From positions 141,846 through 205,845 of the forward strand of contig MU056737.1 in assembly GCA_013239625.1 (NCBI GenBank): a DNA stretch of 64,000 bases, in the 5' to 3' direction. The stretch's first letter is position 1, and each line of letters opens with the position of its first letter. This document shows, in pieces, positions 24,271 through 54,200 of this stretch. This DNA comes from Lama guanicoe. Taxonomy: Eukaryota. The notes under the pieces were generated by a model. The model saw only the letters and a list, made by a program, of their open reading frames with translations. It did no database searches and was not told the origin of the DNA. The position numbers were made by a program, and so were the translations under genes.

Positions 24271-27200
24271 GATCGACAGTCACTGTCACTCCCAGGGCAA
24301 GATCTTGGGATTCTCACAGTCCTCTCAGCCCCGTGACTGTCCTACCAGTCTGAGGATCAGGAAGCACAAGAGTCTCCAGAACAGGATCAATGTCCCTAAG
24401 GAGCCCCCTGCAGGATGGGGCGGCGTCTGGGAGCGCTCCTTCCCACGACCCCCAGCAGCTGCAGGAACTGCCTCCCCTCGCGGGAGCCACGGGGCACCTG
24501 CTGATCACGCCCTGGGCTCTGCTAGATGTGCTCCCTGTGCCTTCAGTTCACTACACCCGTGTGGTCTGCTCGGAAGCAGAGAGTTTCCCCAGGGAAGGCA
24601 TCCCTGCGCCTCACGGAGTCATCATCAGGAACTTCAGGCTTATGCAAACAAACCACTTCAGGGTCCCAGAGGGCTAGTGTGGACCCACCACCCCAGCTGA
24701 GCCAGAGGCACACGCCACTGACCCTCGCTCATCCTGGATCTCACTGAGTATCAGGGTGTCTGTGCTCAGGCCTTTGCTCCAATCTCTTCTCTCCAGCTCT
24801 CTGCTGCCCCCATGTGGCTTCCTGAAGAAGGGCTGGGCTACTTGAAGGCGCCCTAAGTGCCATCCTGGAGCCCCTTCAGACAGGCAACATCTTCCACTGC
24901 CTGAGCCTTGAACACCCCAGACCCTACCTAGAGCCCCTCCCCAAACATCCAACCTCCACCTTGCAGTCTGGAATCTCAGCAAAGCTTTCTGACACGGCCT
25001 GAGTTGCATCCTGAGGACAGAAGGACAGAGGCCTCCCTGAGCCACAGAACGCTGCTCCCCTCCCCTCTGCTTGCTTCCCCACCTCCCTTCCCTCTTTTCC
25101 CCTCAGCTCCCCACCCAGGCTTGCCAGCAGGCAGGAAGGAAGCTGCTCATAGTGGGGAGGGCGGGGCGCTTCCAGCTCACACTGAACAACCCCGGGCTGG
25201 GCTATAAAGAGCCAGTGCCTTCCGCTCCGTCACCCGCCACCCTCCACCACCCCACAGCTCCTACACACACCCCTGGGGCCAGGGCCTTCCTCCCCCAAGG
25301 CCAGGGCATCCCACCCCAAGCCATGCACAGCTCTCTGCTCTGGAAGGGAAGGCAGGAGTAAAGTTTGCTGCCTTCTCAGGGAGCAGGTGGAGCCGAGGGC
25401 CTGACTACTAGCCCGCAGAAGGTCTGTCACCCTCCCTGACCAGGCCGATGGGGGCTGGGAACTGGGCTGTCCTCCCCCAGTGGCAGAAAACACAGCCACT
25501 GTCAGAGACCAAGCAATTGGGTTCGCAAACAAATTCCCTCAAAAGTCCTTTCCAGCTTAAAATCTCATGAGTTAAAGTTAAAATTCTTTCCTAGTAGTGG
25601 AAACTTCAACTCTGTGCATTTTGAAATTTGGGGGGTTTTTGCAATGATTCTAAAATGCAATTGCTAAGAAGAGCAGTCAGCCACTGAGATGCATAAGCCT
25701 TAATACCCATCAAGGGTGGCTGGCCAAAAACAAGGCAGGACACGAGGAAGGGTGGGAAAGTCCCCATCCCAGGGGTGGAAGAATCACAAACCATCAGGAA
25801 AGCCAGAGCCCTTGATGGAAGTTAGGACACATGGGCAGTGCTGGCTGCAACTCCAGGAAGAGTGACCAAAGGGGGGCTCCCCTGTCATCAAAGCCTCACC
25901 TCGACGTTCTTCAGCTGTACTTTTTCTCCCTCTTTTCCTAAAACCGCTGCCATGGCTCCCTCTGCCCAGATCCACACCAGTTCAGGCCCACCCCTGCCCC
26001 CACCATCAATGCCGCTGTGCTGAACTGTCCCTGACCTCCCTATGTCTGGAGAATGCCCCCTCTTGGCACCGTCACCCTCAGCAGCCCAATCCCTTCCCTC
26101 TGCCCACCCAGACCCGCTAGCCTCGGCCGCCTCCCATCTCAATGGCCCCTCTCCAACTGCCTCTAGAACAGAGCCATGGGCCCCTGGGCGGCCGCATACA
26201 TTAGCAGTTGAACAAGCCAGTGTTCACGAAGCACCTACTCGGTGTGGGGGCCACAGGCCTGGCAGAATCCCAAATGAGCAAAACTTGACCTGTCCTTCCA
26301 GAGCACACGAATTCATTTGGAAGAAAGATCAGACACAGAGCAAGCTGCCCACGAACCACTCTGGGAGGAACCAGAGCGAGAGATGTTCCCGTGGCCTGGG
26401 GAGCATGGAGAGAGGGGTTGGGAGGAAGGCGTCACAGAAGAAACACAGTGGGGCCTTGTGGTGGTCAAATCCGCCAGGAAGCACACTAAGAAGGAATTAG
26501 AAGCCTAAGAGATTTGTGCCTGTGAAACATAATGGGGAGGCAGGGAAAGGCTCTGGAACAGGATGCAGGTCTGACATCTGTGAAAGGAGAGAAAAAGAAA
26601 GAGGATGAGGTGGGAGAAGCCTCGGATCACAGTGAGTTCTGAGATGGTCTCACCAGGCCAGCGGGAGCACCACAGAAAGACCGCCTGTAGACGCCCCCAG
26701 GGCAGCAGTGGTGAGCCATGTACCTCCCGGGGCTCAGGGATTGACGCTTCGGAGGAGCGTGAGGGCTTGGGTTTTGCTGCTGGGCAGATTCTGAGGCCAT
26801 CACACCTGCACCTCCTGCAGCAGGTTCCCTCTGGACAGGGTGCCTCCTGAGATGCCAAAGCTGGGCCGTGAGGAAGGAAAAGAAAGATCTTTAGTCAGAA
26901 GGCGAAGGGAAAGGTGGACAGGGCAGCATTAGCAAGAGCCCAGGGGCAGGAAGACATAAGGACAGGTTGGATATCTGTGAGGAAGCCTGTTTGTGTAGAA
27001 CAGAGGGTTTGAGCCGCACATTTGGGAAACTGACGGCCAGGCCAGTGTGTTGGAGTGGCTCTGACCTTGGGTTGAAGGTTTCAGGGAGAGCCAAAGCATG
27101 AGGGAAGCCCTGATTTCGAGATGAGTCTGGCAGCAGTGTGGAGCACAGATGAGAGGGGAGACCCCAAGGTTAGGAGACCACATGGAAGGGCTAGGGTCAG

Positions 27201-28099
27201 TGCTATCGGTGAGAGGTCATGAAGAGTTCAGCCTCTTATGCTCCTTGTCCCTGAGGAAGCCAGCCACAGCTCTCTTAACTGGAATCTGGAAAAAAGGAGT
27301 GATGTGCAGTCAGTGGTGACTGAATGGGAGCCAGAAATGGGGTCGGCCTGCTTCAGGCACAGTGAGGAAATGTGTCTGAGAGGTAGGGGCCTGGATCCCA
27401 TCTCCAGCCTCACTGGAAAGGGAGGCGAGTCGGGTGGGGCCTCAGGCTCCAGGGAAGAGGCAGGCTGGGGGACAGGCCAGGAGTGAGCACAGGCTTCGGC
27501 CTTCTGCCTCTCACCTGCCCCTTGCCTGCAGGAGGGCCAGCGAAGCTTTCCAGGCACCCAAGAACTCAGGCTTGTCCATGTTTACAAGGACCCCTCACCC
27601 TCCTCCTTCTAGACTGGCAGACCCTACCTTCTTGGTGTGATCCCAGAGCTCAGAGCACGGCCCATTCCTTCCGGCTGGTCCGCCTGCTGCCCCCCGACAC
27701 CCACACCCAGGTCCACACCAATCACATCCTCCACTGCTTTTCAGAGGAGTCCAGCCAACACAAATCTACATGTTTATTTGTCTGCCTGTCTGCCTCTCCT
27801 GGTCTCTGCCTATCCCAGTCTCTCAACTTCTGTTTCTTTCTTGCAGATTCTCTTAGCCTCTGTGGTCTCAAATCCACAGGGCTTCGACCCCTGTAGATCC
27901 AGATGCCCCAGCTCATGGCCTTTCTCCAGCCCCTCCATATCTTAGAACTACAAACCCCAGCATGCACTACTGCTCAAGGTGCCTGGCGAGTGTCAGTGGG
28001 CACCACCTGCGTGCTGGAAATTGTAGTTCCCCTCTCCCCACCCTCTTGCTAGGGCTCCAAGTTCTCCCCAGTGGGCAGTGTCTGCCTCAGCCCTGGCTG

Positions 28100-28867
28100 C
28101 TGGGTTTATCTCTGGCCTACCACCCCCAGGGAAGCATGCGTCACTGGATGACAGGGTTGGGGTGGAGGCCCTGGATGGCAGCTTCCTGCTCTTTTGTGTC
28201 CCCCACTTGAGTCACAGGGGGTGGGGGTTCCAGGAAATTGGAGCTGGGGGGGAAAGGGATACCCTAATGCCAGACCCAAGGGCAAAGGGTCACTGCATCC
28301 TTGCTGGGCCCATATCCTCAAGAATCCGAAAGGACTCGAAGGTCCAGGAGCACCTAGATGTAGGGGGGTGGTGAAGGAGAGTACGAGGGTGACCCTAGAG
28401 ATCCCTGGTGTCACTAAGAGTCTGGGAATCATTGCCTGCAACTGACAGAGGGCTCACCTGCTGCCTGACCCCTCAGGGCAAGGCCAGCGTGGGTGAGGTG
28501 GAAGGCCTCTCCGCTGGTCGGCACCACAGAGGGCTCTTTCTGCTGCTCGGGCTGCTCCACCCCACCATTTTCCTGGGCCCCAGGGCTCTGCCAGACACCT
28601 GGGTTCCCACTTGTCATCCCTCGTTCTCAGAACGGAACCCAGGCGTCCGGCCCCCCCACCCTCTGGGCCTGCGGGCGGGGAGCCGAGACTTTAGAGCCTC
28701 CCAGCCGGCCTTGTTCCTGTCCCATTGTGTGTGGGACAGGGGCGGGGCGAGGGCCAGCAGCGGAGAGCCCCCTCCCACTGCCCCCTCCCCTTCCTAAGGA
28801 AAAGGCTGAGGCTCGGCTGGGAGCCGCACAGCAGACGCGAGGCCCAAGACGCCAGGCCGAAGCCAAC
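28100..28867 (+). promoter_or_regulatory. NOS3: NOS3 TATA-less proximal promoter
   Basis: CRE-like TGCGTCA 28137-28143, AP-1 TGAGTCA 28208-28214, STAT/ETS TTCCAGGAA 28228-28236, Sp1 GGGGCGGGGC 28739-28748. The layout matches the human eNOS promoter as recalled. Confidence 0.85.
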
Positions 28868-46807
<17,940 letters not shown>

Positions 46808-47158
46808 GAGCCCGCTTGCTTTCCACTTCAGTTCCCGGAAAGAGGGGCCATCAGTCCACGACGGCGGTGCCGCTCTCCTGTCTGCCGGACCAGGACCAGC
46901 CACCTCCCCCGCCCCCTTCCCGAGGTGCCTTCCCACGCCTGTCCAGAGACTGGCCTTATTCCCGGGAATGTCTCTATCTCTCTCTAGGCCTGTTTCCCTA
47001 ACCCAGGTCTGAGTAAATCTGGAAGGCCCCTCCGAGCAGTGGTGTTCCTGAGCCTACTGTCAGCCCTTTAGTGTTGATTAGGTGAATTTTAGATTCCCCT
47101 CATCTCTTTCAGGAAGGAGTATCTTATCTTGAAACCTGATCTCTAAATCATTCAAATA

Positions 47159-47164
47159 TTTATT
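47159..47164 (-). terminator. AATAAA polyadenylation signal on minus strand (candidate ATG9B PAS) within NOS3 3' UTR
   Basis: Plus-strand TTTATT, ~1 kb downstream of the ATG9B stop. Confidence 0.55.
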
Positions 47165-48151
47165 ACTGAAGATTCACCATAAGAGACTGGACCAGAAGTT
47201 ATGAGAGCTACTAAGATGTGTGACCCAGCACTGTCAATTACAGTTACAGAATGACAAGCTTTGTCTTTTAACTTCTGCAGTGAGAGGGAGGTGGAGGGGG
47301 TAATTCTTTGACTGGGAGTCCTGCCCTACACACTCCTCTCTGACCCAGCCCTCTAAAAACATGGTTTCCAGCCAATTACGGGCAATTCTGTTGTGTCGCT
47401 CCTTTGATCTTGACTGAGAAGCAGATGCAGCCCTCAGCTACCAGGAGTGGGGATTCCAGGCACTAAGGTCACAAACATGTGCACAGCCAGGAGTAACCTT
47501 TACTGCTTGTTTCAGACAGGATGAGAAACCACACCCACTTCCTCAGGCGTCACACCAAGGCTGAACTCCAAAAACAGCAGGCCTCCCTAGAGGCTTTCCA
47601 CTCACCCACCCCCATCGCCCTCCACGAGTCCCAGGGGAACCTGAAGGCCAGGCGAGCTTGAAGAACCTACTGCCTTTCAGATCCAGTCCCTCATTGCTCC
47701 CTTCTGTGTAGCTTGGCCTCCACCTTGGCCCAGCCCTCCATGTTGAGGTCACTCGGGAACTTCTTCCCAGGCAACCACTCCAGGACAAATAGTTGTCCCC
47801 TTTGCCCCTCCATGTGGGCTCTAACATGTGTTTCCAGCTGCCTTGGGCATCTCCTCTCCTACCCTTTCTCTGCTCTCTGGGGCCAGGGCGTCACTGACTC
47901 CAAGTCCTGCCCAAATCCCCAACTAAAGCGTCCATGGGGGTCTTTAAGGGGGGCTTGGCACGTCCTTCCACTCCAGTTCGTCTGATCTCCTGGGGCTGGA
48001 GAAGCCAGGAAACCTGGAGAAGGAGAAAGCTCTTTGCAAACAGTCCAGGGGTTTGGGTTCCCAGGATTCCCATCCCTCCAAGTCTGACTCCACCCGATTC
48101 CCTACTCATTCCCTCATGCCAGTTAGGTAATACTGACCTTAAGGAGCCCTC

Positions 48152-48279
48152 TCAGTCAATGCTAGGGGCCTGGCTAGGTTCCTTCTGCGTGTCTGTGGGC
48201 TCCTGAAACCCTCCAGGGAACAGATTCTGGGCCCTCTGGGTTCTCCACTGCTGTCTGGGGCTGGAGGCGGGACTGGAGC
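48152..48279 (-). CDS. ATG9B: ATG9B coding exon 13 (to TGA stop)
   Basis: (G)SSPASSPRQQW...NLFPGGFQ...APSID*; a splice donor follows 14 nt after the stop. Confidence 0.94.
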
Positions 48280-51200
48280 CTGATGAGAAATCCATCAGCT
48301 GGGCAGTGCCATGATGCCTGCTGCTCACCCAGAGTCTGTCCCCTGCACACCCCGACCACCTCACCATCACTCGACCAGGAAGGCTTCTCCTCATCCGGCG
48401 AGAGAGTCTGTGGGGGGCTGGACCAGGGCCTGGACAGGGAGGAGGCTGAAGCCTCCCCCCACAGTTCTTGCTGCTGCTGCTGCTGATGGAGCTAAAAGGA
48501 AGGGAGAAGAATGAGGGGTTCCCTTCTGCCCAGCAGCGTGAGGCCCAGCCCCTAGGCTACGTACAGAGGGTGTTGAAACCTCCTACCCAGCTCCTGTTGG
48601 ATAATTTCTTACACTCCAGCCCCCTCCACAGTCTCCATTTGTTTTGAGGCTTTCTCCCCATCTATCTCGCATCCCTCTACTCACCTGGTATAGGTAGATG
48701 GCATGGAGACTCATCTCAGCAGATGCAAGTTCTGGGAGCTGGGCCAGCTTCTGGCCCCCAGTGCCTCCTGGGGACACACAGCTGAAACAGAAGGTGCAAT
48801 AGATCAGAAAGACATGCCCTTTCCCCCCTGCACTCCACAAGGAACGTCAGGCTTTATCTCCTCGTCCTGCTCAGCCCCCCAGTACCCCTGCATTGGTCAG
48901 CCCCACCACCCCTGACCCCTGCATCTCAAGTCCCCACCCCTCACCTTGAGTCCTGGGCAATTCGGGAAATGGAGGCCAGGAGGCTGGCTGTGGCTGCAGC
49001 TGGGCAAGGGGCTGTGGGGCTCAGGTCCTGTGGGGGCAGGAGGGGCTGCACCAAGAGGTTGGCCAGGAAGGTCTCCGGCTGGGAGCAAGAGAAGAGAGGG
49101 TCAGAAGAGAGGACAGAAGGGGAGGGAGGAGGGCTAAGTAAGGTGGGAGAGCAGGCTGAACGAGTGAGTAGGTTAATGCAAAAGGTGAGGCTGAGGGAGG
49201 AGAGAGGAGGGGAGGGGAGAGGAGGGGGCAGGGTGTGAAGGTGGAAGGGCAAACCAAGCTTCAACTCACCAGAGGTGAGGAAGAGTTGCTGAGGACCCCG
49301 GGGGTGGGGGGACTGCGAATGGAGTTGGCGCCCCAGGTGGCTGCATCTTGTTGTACCCGGCCTCGAAGGTGCCCTAGGAACTTGGAGCTGTGGCCTGGGG
49401 GGCGCCATTGTGGATGAACTAGGGAGAACCTCATCAAGGACAGTTCAGTCTTCCCATCCTCGGCACGCTGAGATAGTGAGGCCTCTGTCTGTCCCTCCGA
49501 GAGCCACTGAAAGCAACGACAATCCTTCAAGTGCCGCGAACACTGCTTGTATACCTGCAGTGGGTGCCTCGTGGGGTGGGCAGGATGGAAGACAATAGCC
49601 CCATTTTCCAGGTGAAAGGATGGAGGTCACAATGGGGACTTGCTCAAGATCACCCAAAAACACAGCAGCAGAGCAGAACTTGGGTCCAGATCCAGCACTG
49701 GGATGTAGGCTCAATGTTCTGCCAGCAGGTGCACACTGGATGCCAGGGCCTGCCTTACAGCTTTGGTCAGGAAACCCATCCTTACTCCAGCCCCATCCAC
49801 TGATCAACCTGTTTTCCAGCCATTCTAGCGGTCTTGGCTCCCATTTACTGGTGTCAGGATGTGCTGGAACTCTGTTAGGGCTTTATACACGTCATCTCAT
49901 GTAATCCTCATGATAGCCCTGCACGTCGGTCACTGTCCTCGTTTGACAAACGAGGGCATTAGGTACAGGGAAGTGAGGTGATTAGCTCAAGGTCACAGGT
50001 GGCAAGCCATGGAGCTGGGGGTGGAACCCAGCTCTGCTTTGAGTGAGGCAAGCAAACTCCTACCTAACCACAACCCGGCACAGCCAGGGAAAGGCTCTAA
50101 CCTGAGGGTGGCCGTGGCGCTTCACATCCATAAGGGCAAAGGAACAGATGTCTCCAACCCCGGCCACATCCACAGTGAAGTGATGAAAAAAGTCAATAAT
50201 CTCCAAGGCGCGAGGGCGGAACCAGAAGAGCAGAAACAGTGGGGTGAGGAGAGGGGACAGGAGCTCCTCCGTGAGGGAGACCTGGAGAAGCAGGGGCGAG
50301 GCTGAGAAGGGGTTGCTGAGGGCAACCACACTAGCCAGGCAGGAAACCTCCAACTCCGTCATTCCGTCTTTCCCAGACTCCCGGGATAGCCAGCCCTGAG
50401 CCCGTTTGTCCCCGCCCTCTCCCAGACCTCGAGGTTTACACAGCCTCCTCGGCAGCCCCATTTCAGCCTGGACCCTCACCGCTCGGTACTGCAACAGCCG
50501 CGCCATCTGCCGGTAAGCGCTGGCCTTGCCGGCAGGGCCGGTCTCCTCCGGCAGGTAGTGCATGTGGGCCAAGGCCGCCTGCAGCAGGAGCTGCGGTGAA
50601 CGACTTTGGGCCTGCTCATCCGGAATGAAAGACCTAGAGGGCGGCATCGGGGTGGAGAAGGGGCCGGCGAGTAAAGAGGATGTGCGGGTGGGATGCATTA
50701 GCGGTGGGAGGGGTAGAGATTCGCGAGAGGTTCAGCCCCAGGCCGGAAGAACGCCCCCCTCCCTGGGCATCTCCCACCACACCTGGCCACGGTGGCCAGG
50801 ATCCCGAGGGCAGTCATGGCAGTGAGCACGTGCTCCACGGCGAGCACATCCTCGTCGTAGACGGTGAGCACCAGCAACGCGGCGAAGAGCGCGCCGGCGA
50901 AGAAGACGAGCTGGCGGGCCAGCAGCGCGAGCAGGGGCGCGGGGGGCGCGGCGGCGCGCAAGAAGGCGGCGGCGGGGCGGTAGGCGCGGGCCAGGCGCGC
51001 GCGCAGCTCGTGCGGCAGCTCGTTGAAGTGGCGCAGCTGCAGGCGGGCCAGGCGGGACCAGCGGCGCGTGCCCAGCGCGCCCGGCTCGCGCCGCAGCAGC
51101 TCGGCGTGGCTGTAGAAGGCGTGCAGCACCTGCCAGGCCAGCACCAGAGGGCTCAGCGCCAGGTTCACGACGGCCAGCAGCAGCACCGAGCGCCGCCAGC

Positions 51201-54200
51201 GCGCGGCCAGGGCGGCCCGCTGGTCGCTGCGCTTGTAGGCGTCGGGCAGCTCCCAGCCGCCGCGGAAGAGCGAGAAGGGCCCGCGGAAGAGGAGCAGGTC
51301 GACGTTGAGCGCCAGGCCGCGGCTGAGGAAGGCCACGCTGCCTCCCCAGGGCAGCGCGCAGCGGGCCGGCAGCAGGCCCTTGTTGGCCAGCGCCACCTGG
51401 TAGTTGGTGTAGCGCAGGATGCGATGGTGGACGTCCAGCTCCGTCAGCGGCCTCGGCTGCACGCACAGGCCCCCGCTCCTCTGCAGCGCCAGGAGGCGGG
51501 ACTGCACCTCTGCCCAGGACACTGAGCCGAGCTCCCCCTGAGGAGAGGGGACGGCTGAGAGCCAGCGACCTGGATTCCTCTCCACAGTGGTGCCCACACT
51601 CACCGTGACCAGAGTCCCTGAGTGTCCTCCCGTGCCCACCACTCTCACCCAGTGTCCCTCAGGCATGACACCTGTCACCTTCCGCTCTCTGCCTTCTCGC
51701 CCTCCCTTTACCTTGTCTCTAACAAGGGGAACCCTTACTTCCTCTCATCTGCTTCTGAATTGTGTTCCTCACGCCCCTGCCACTCCTGAGGCCATGAGCC
51801 CTGTGCTTCCCAGGGACACCTCCTAAGCTAAACTCTACGCCTATCTGAGCTCAGCTGCTTAAGAGCAGATTTTCCTGAGCACCCCCTACCACACACACAC
51901 ACACAGAGCCCTACACGTAGAAGGCACATCCCAGCTGCAGGTAACAGGGAAATCCCTCTTCCCCGTTCCTAGGGTACCCACCAACCCAGAAGCCTCACCA
52001 CTTTTTACCTCAGCCTGCTTTGAGAATCCCAGCCCCATCCCATTCTGTCAGATTAACCTTCCTAAGACAATGGCCACATCTGGCCATGGAGGTGAGGGCT
52101 GTCAGATCTCACTCCGATCTCATCTGCAAACCTCATTTTAGCCCAGTTTCACCCAGCTTCCCCAGTCCAGCTTAGTCAAGTCCCTCCAGGCCAGCCTCTC
52201 CAGTCCATCCCAGGGTCTCCCCTTCCCCTGGAAGGAATAGGGGCAATGAGGAAAGAAGGAAGGAGAAAGAAGGGTCAGCTGATTCCCAGCGGAGCAGCGG
52301 TCCAGCTCCTGATCTTCCCTGCCTCCACCCCTGCCCCCGTGACTCTTCCCTGTGCTATGGTTTGTGCTCTCCTACTCAAAGGGGCTTTCTGAAACCTCTC
52401 CCTTTTGCTGTACAGGAGAGCTGTGCAGAAGGTTCTGCACTTCTGAGGGGAGAAGGTAGCCTCTGTGCTTTGCCTTAAGGAAAGAATTTGGGTACAGAGC
52501 CAGAAGGAGTGTGAGCAAGGCAGGGAGGAGAGAAAGAGGAAAGCGTGACCAGGGACAGTGAAGGGGCCTGTGAAGTGGCTTCCTGCAATCAGGGGGAAGG
52601 CCAGAAAGGGAGGCAGGATTACCCACTGGGGACTGGAACTCTCAGATGCAGGCTGGTGGGTCAGTCTCCTCACTGCTGCCCACAGAGTTCAGTGTTTCCC
52701 CCCTCCCTGCCCAAGGCTTGGAATGCGTCCCCACCTCCTACCCTTCCCAGCCCCATCCCAATCCCCCCTGCCCTGTAAAGCCAGATGACTGCCCTTCCTC
52801 TAAATACCCACTGCCTGAACCACAAGCACGTGACCATACATCTTCTATAACCATCTAAATCAACTAAGCTCCACCACAGTAAGGGCCTTGTGTTACAAGT
52901 GGTAACCCACCTCCTAATAATATTCTGGGCCAAGGGTAGGGGTCAGTAAGTCCTTCTGCCCTTTTTCCAGTAGGTCCTTCTGTCTCTGCAGCCCCTCACT
53001 CCTCCCCATCCTCTTCCCCTCTGACGTTGTACCGCTCCTCAGACATGCTCACCCAACTCACCGGGGGAATGTGGAGGGCTTCCCTGTAAAACACTTGGAT
53101 GTCCCAGTAGCTGAAGAGGTTGCAGACAGAGCGAAGCAGCTGGAACAGCCAGAAGGCAGTAGCCAGGATCAGAAGGAAGACCAGCAGAGAGCTGGAGTGG
53201 ATCCTGTGTCGGGTGGGACAGACAGGAAGTAGGGGCCCGGTAGCAAGGGAGACCAGACTTGGGGAGCGATGGGGGTCATTGAGAGGGGACCCAGCCAGGC
53301 CGGTCGTTCTCAAAGTGTGGGCCCTGGGGCTCCCCAGACCCTCGCAAGTATCTACAAGGTCAAAACTTTTCAGATATTAAGGTTTTCTGCCATTTTAATT
53401 TTCATTCTCTCAAGAATATACAGAGGATTTTTCCAGAGGCTACATGACATCACATTCACAGTCAATGGAATGTGTGCTTGGACATTTTCAGGTTTTAAAG
53501 CTGTTCTCAGCTTGAATCTCAAATAAGGTAAATAGAGATAGATTTGATTCCAATAAGCAAAATCTCTTGGGAGTTGAGTTCTCAACTAATTTTAAGTGTA
53601 TTAAAGGTGTCCCAAGACCAAAAACTTGGAGAACAGCTGGTCTAGACCAAAAGACACAAGCATCTGCTAGTCCCCTCCATCACCTCCCCCAGCGGCTGTC
53701 ACTCACCGCTGGGCACACTGGGATGAGGGTAGGATGGCATCCGACAAGGTCACTTTGCTGTGGAGCAGCCCAGGTCTTGTGCGGTTATTTGGTTGGTTGG
53801 CAAAGAGAACATTGTAATCCACGCAGCGAAGGAGGAAGGTGGTGAAGGTGACAATGAAAATGAATTGTCTGGGACGGCAAGGAGTGCAGTGGTCAGGCCC
53901 AAGGGCCAGTGGGCTCCAGCCCCAGCCTCCAGACTGGCCTGGTTAACCCAACCTGCTGAGCCCTGGGGCTGCCTGGGGAGGCAGTCGGGGAACTAGAAGC
54001 AGCAGGCGCTACTGAGGAAATGAGAGGAAGAGTTTGGGGCCAGGGACAAGCATCTCACCCCAGCTGGAAGACATCCTCCAGCAGGATACAGGCAAAGCCG
54101 CTCCTCTGGTGGTAGCTGTAGATGTGGCTGCCCGTCAAGAAATAAGCCTGAGGTGTGATGATGGGCCTTTCCTGAGGACGCCTCCCCCTCCCTCCCCCAA

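Noticed and set aside
50680-51525. 281-aa plus-strand ORF and 244-aa alternative-frame ORF
   Set aside because: Shadows of the very GC-rich ATG9B exon 6 (stop-codon depletion).
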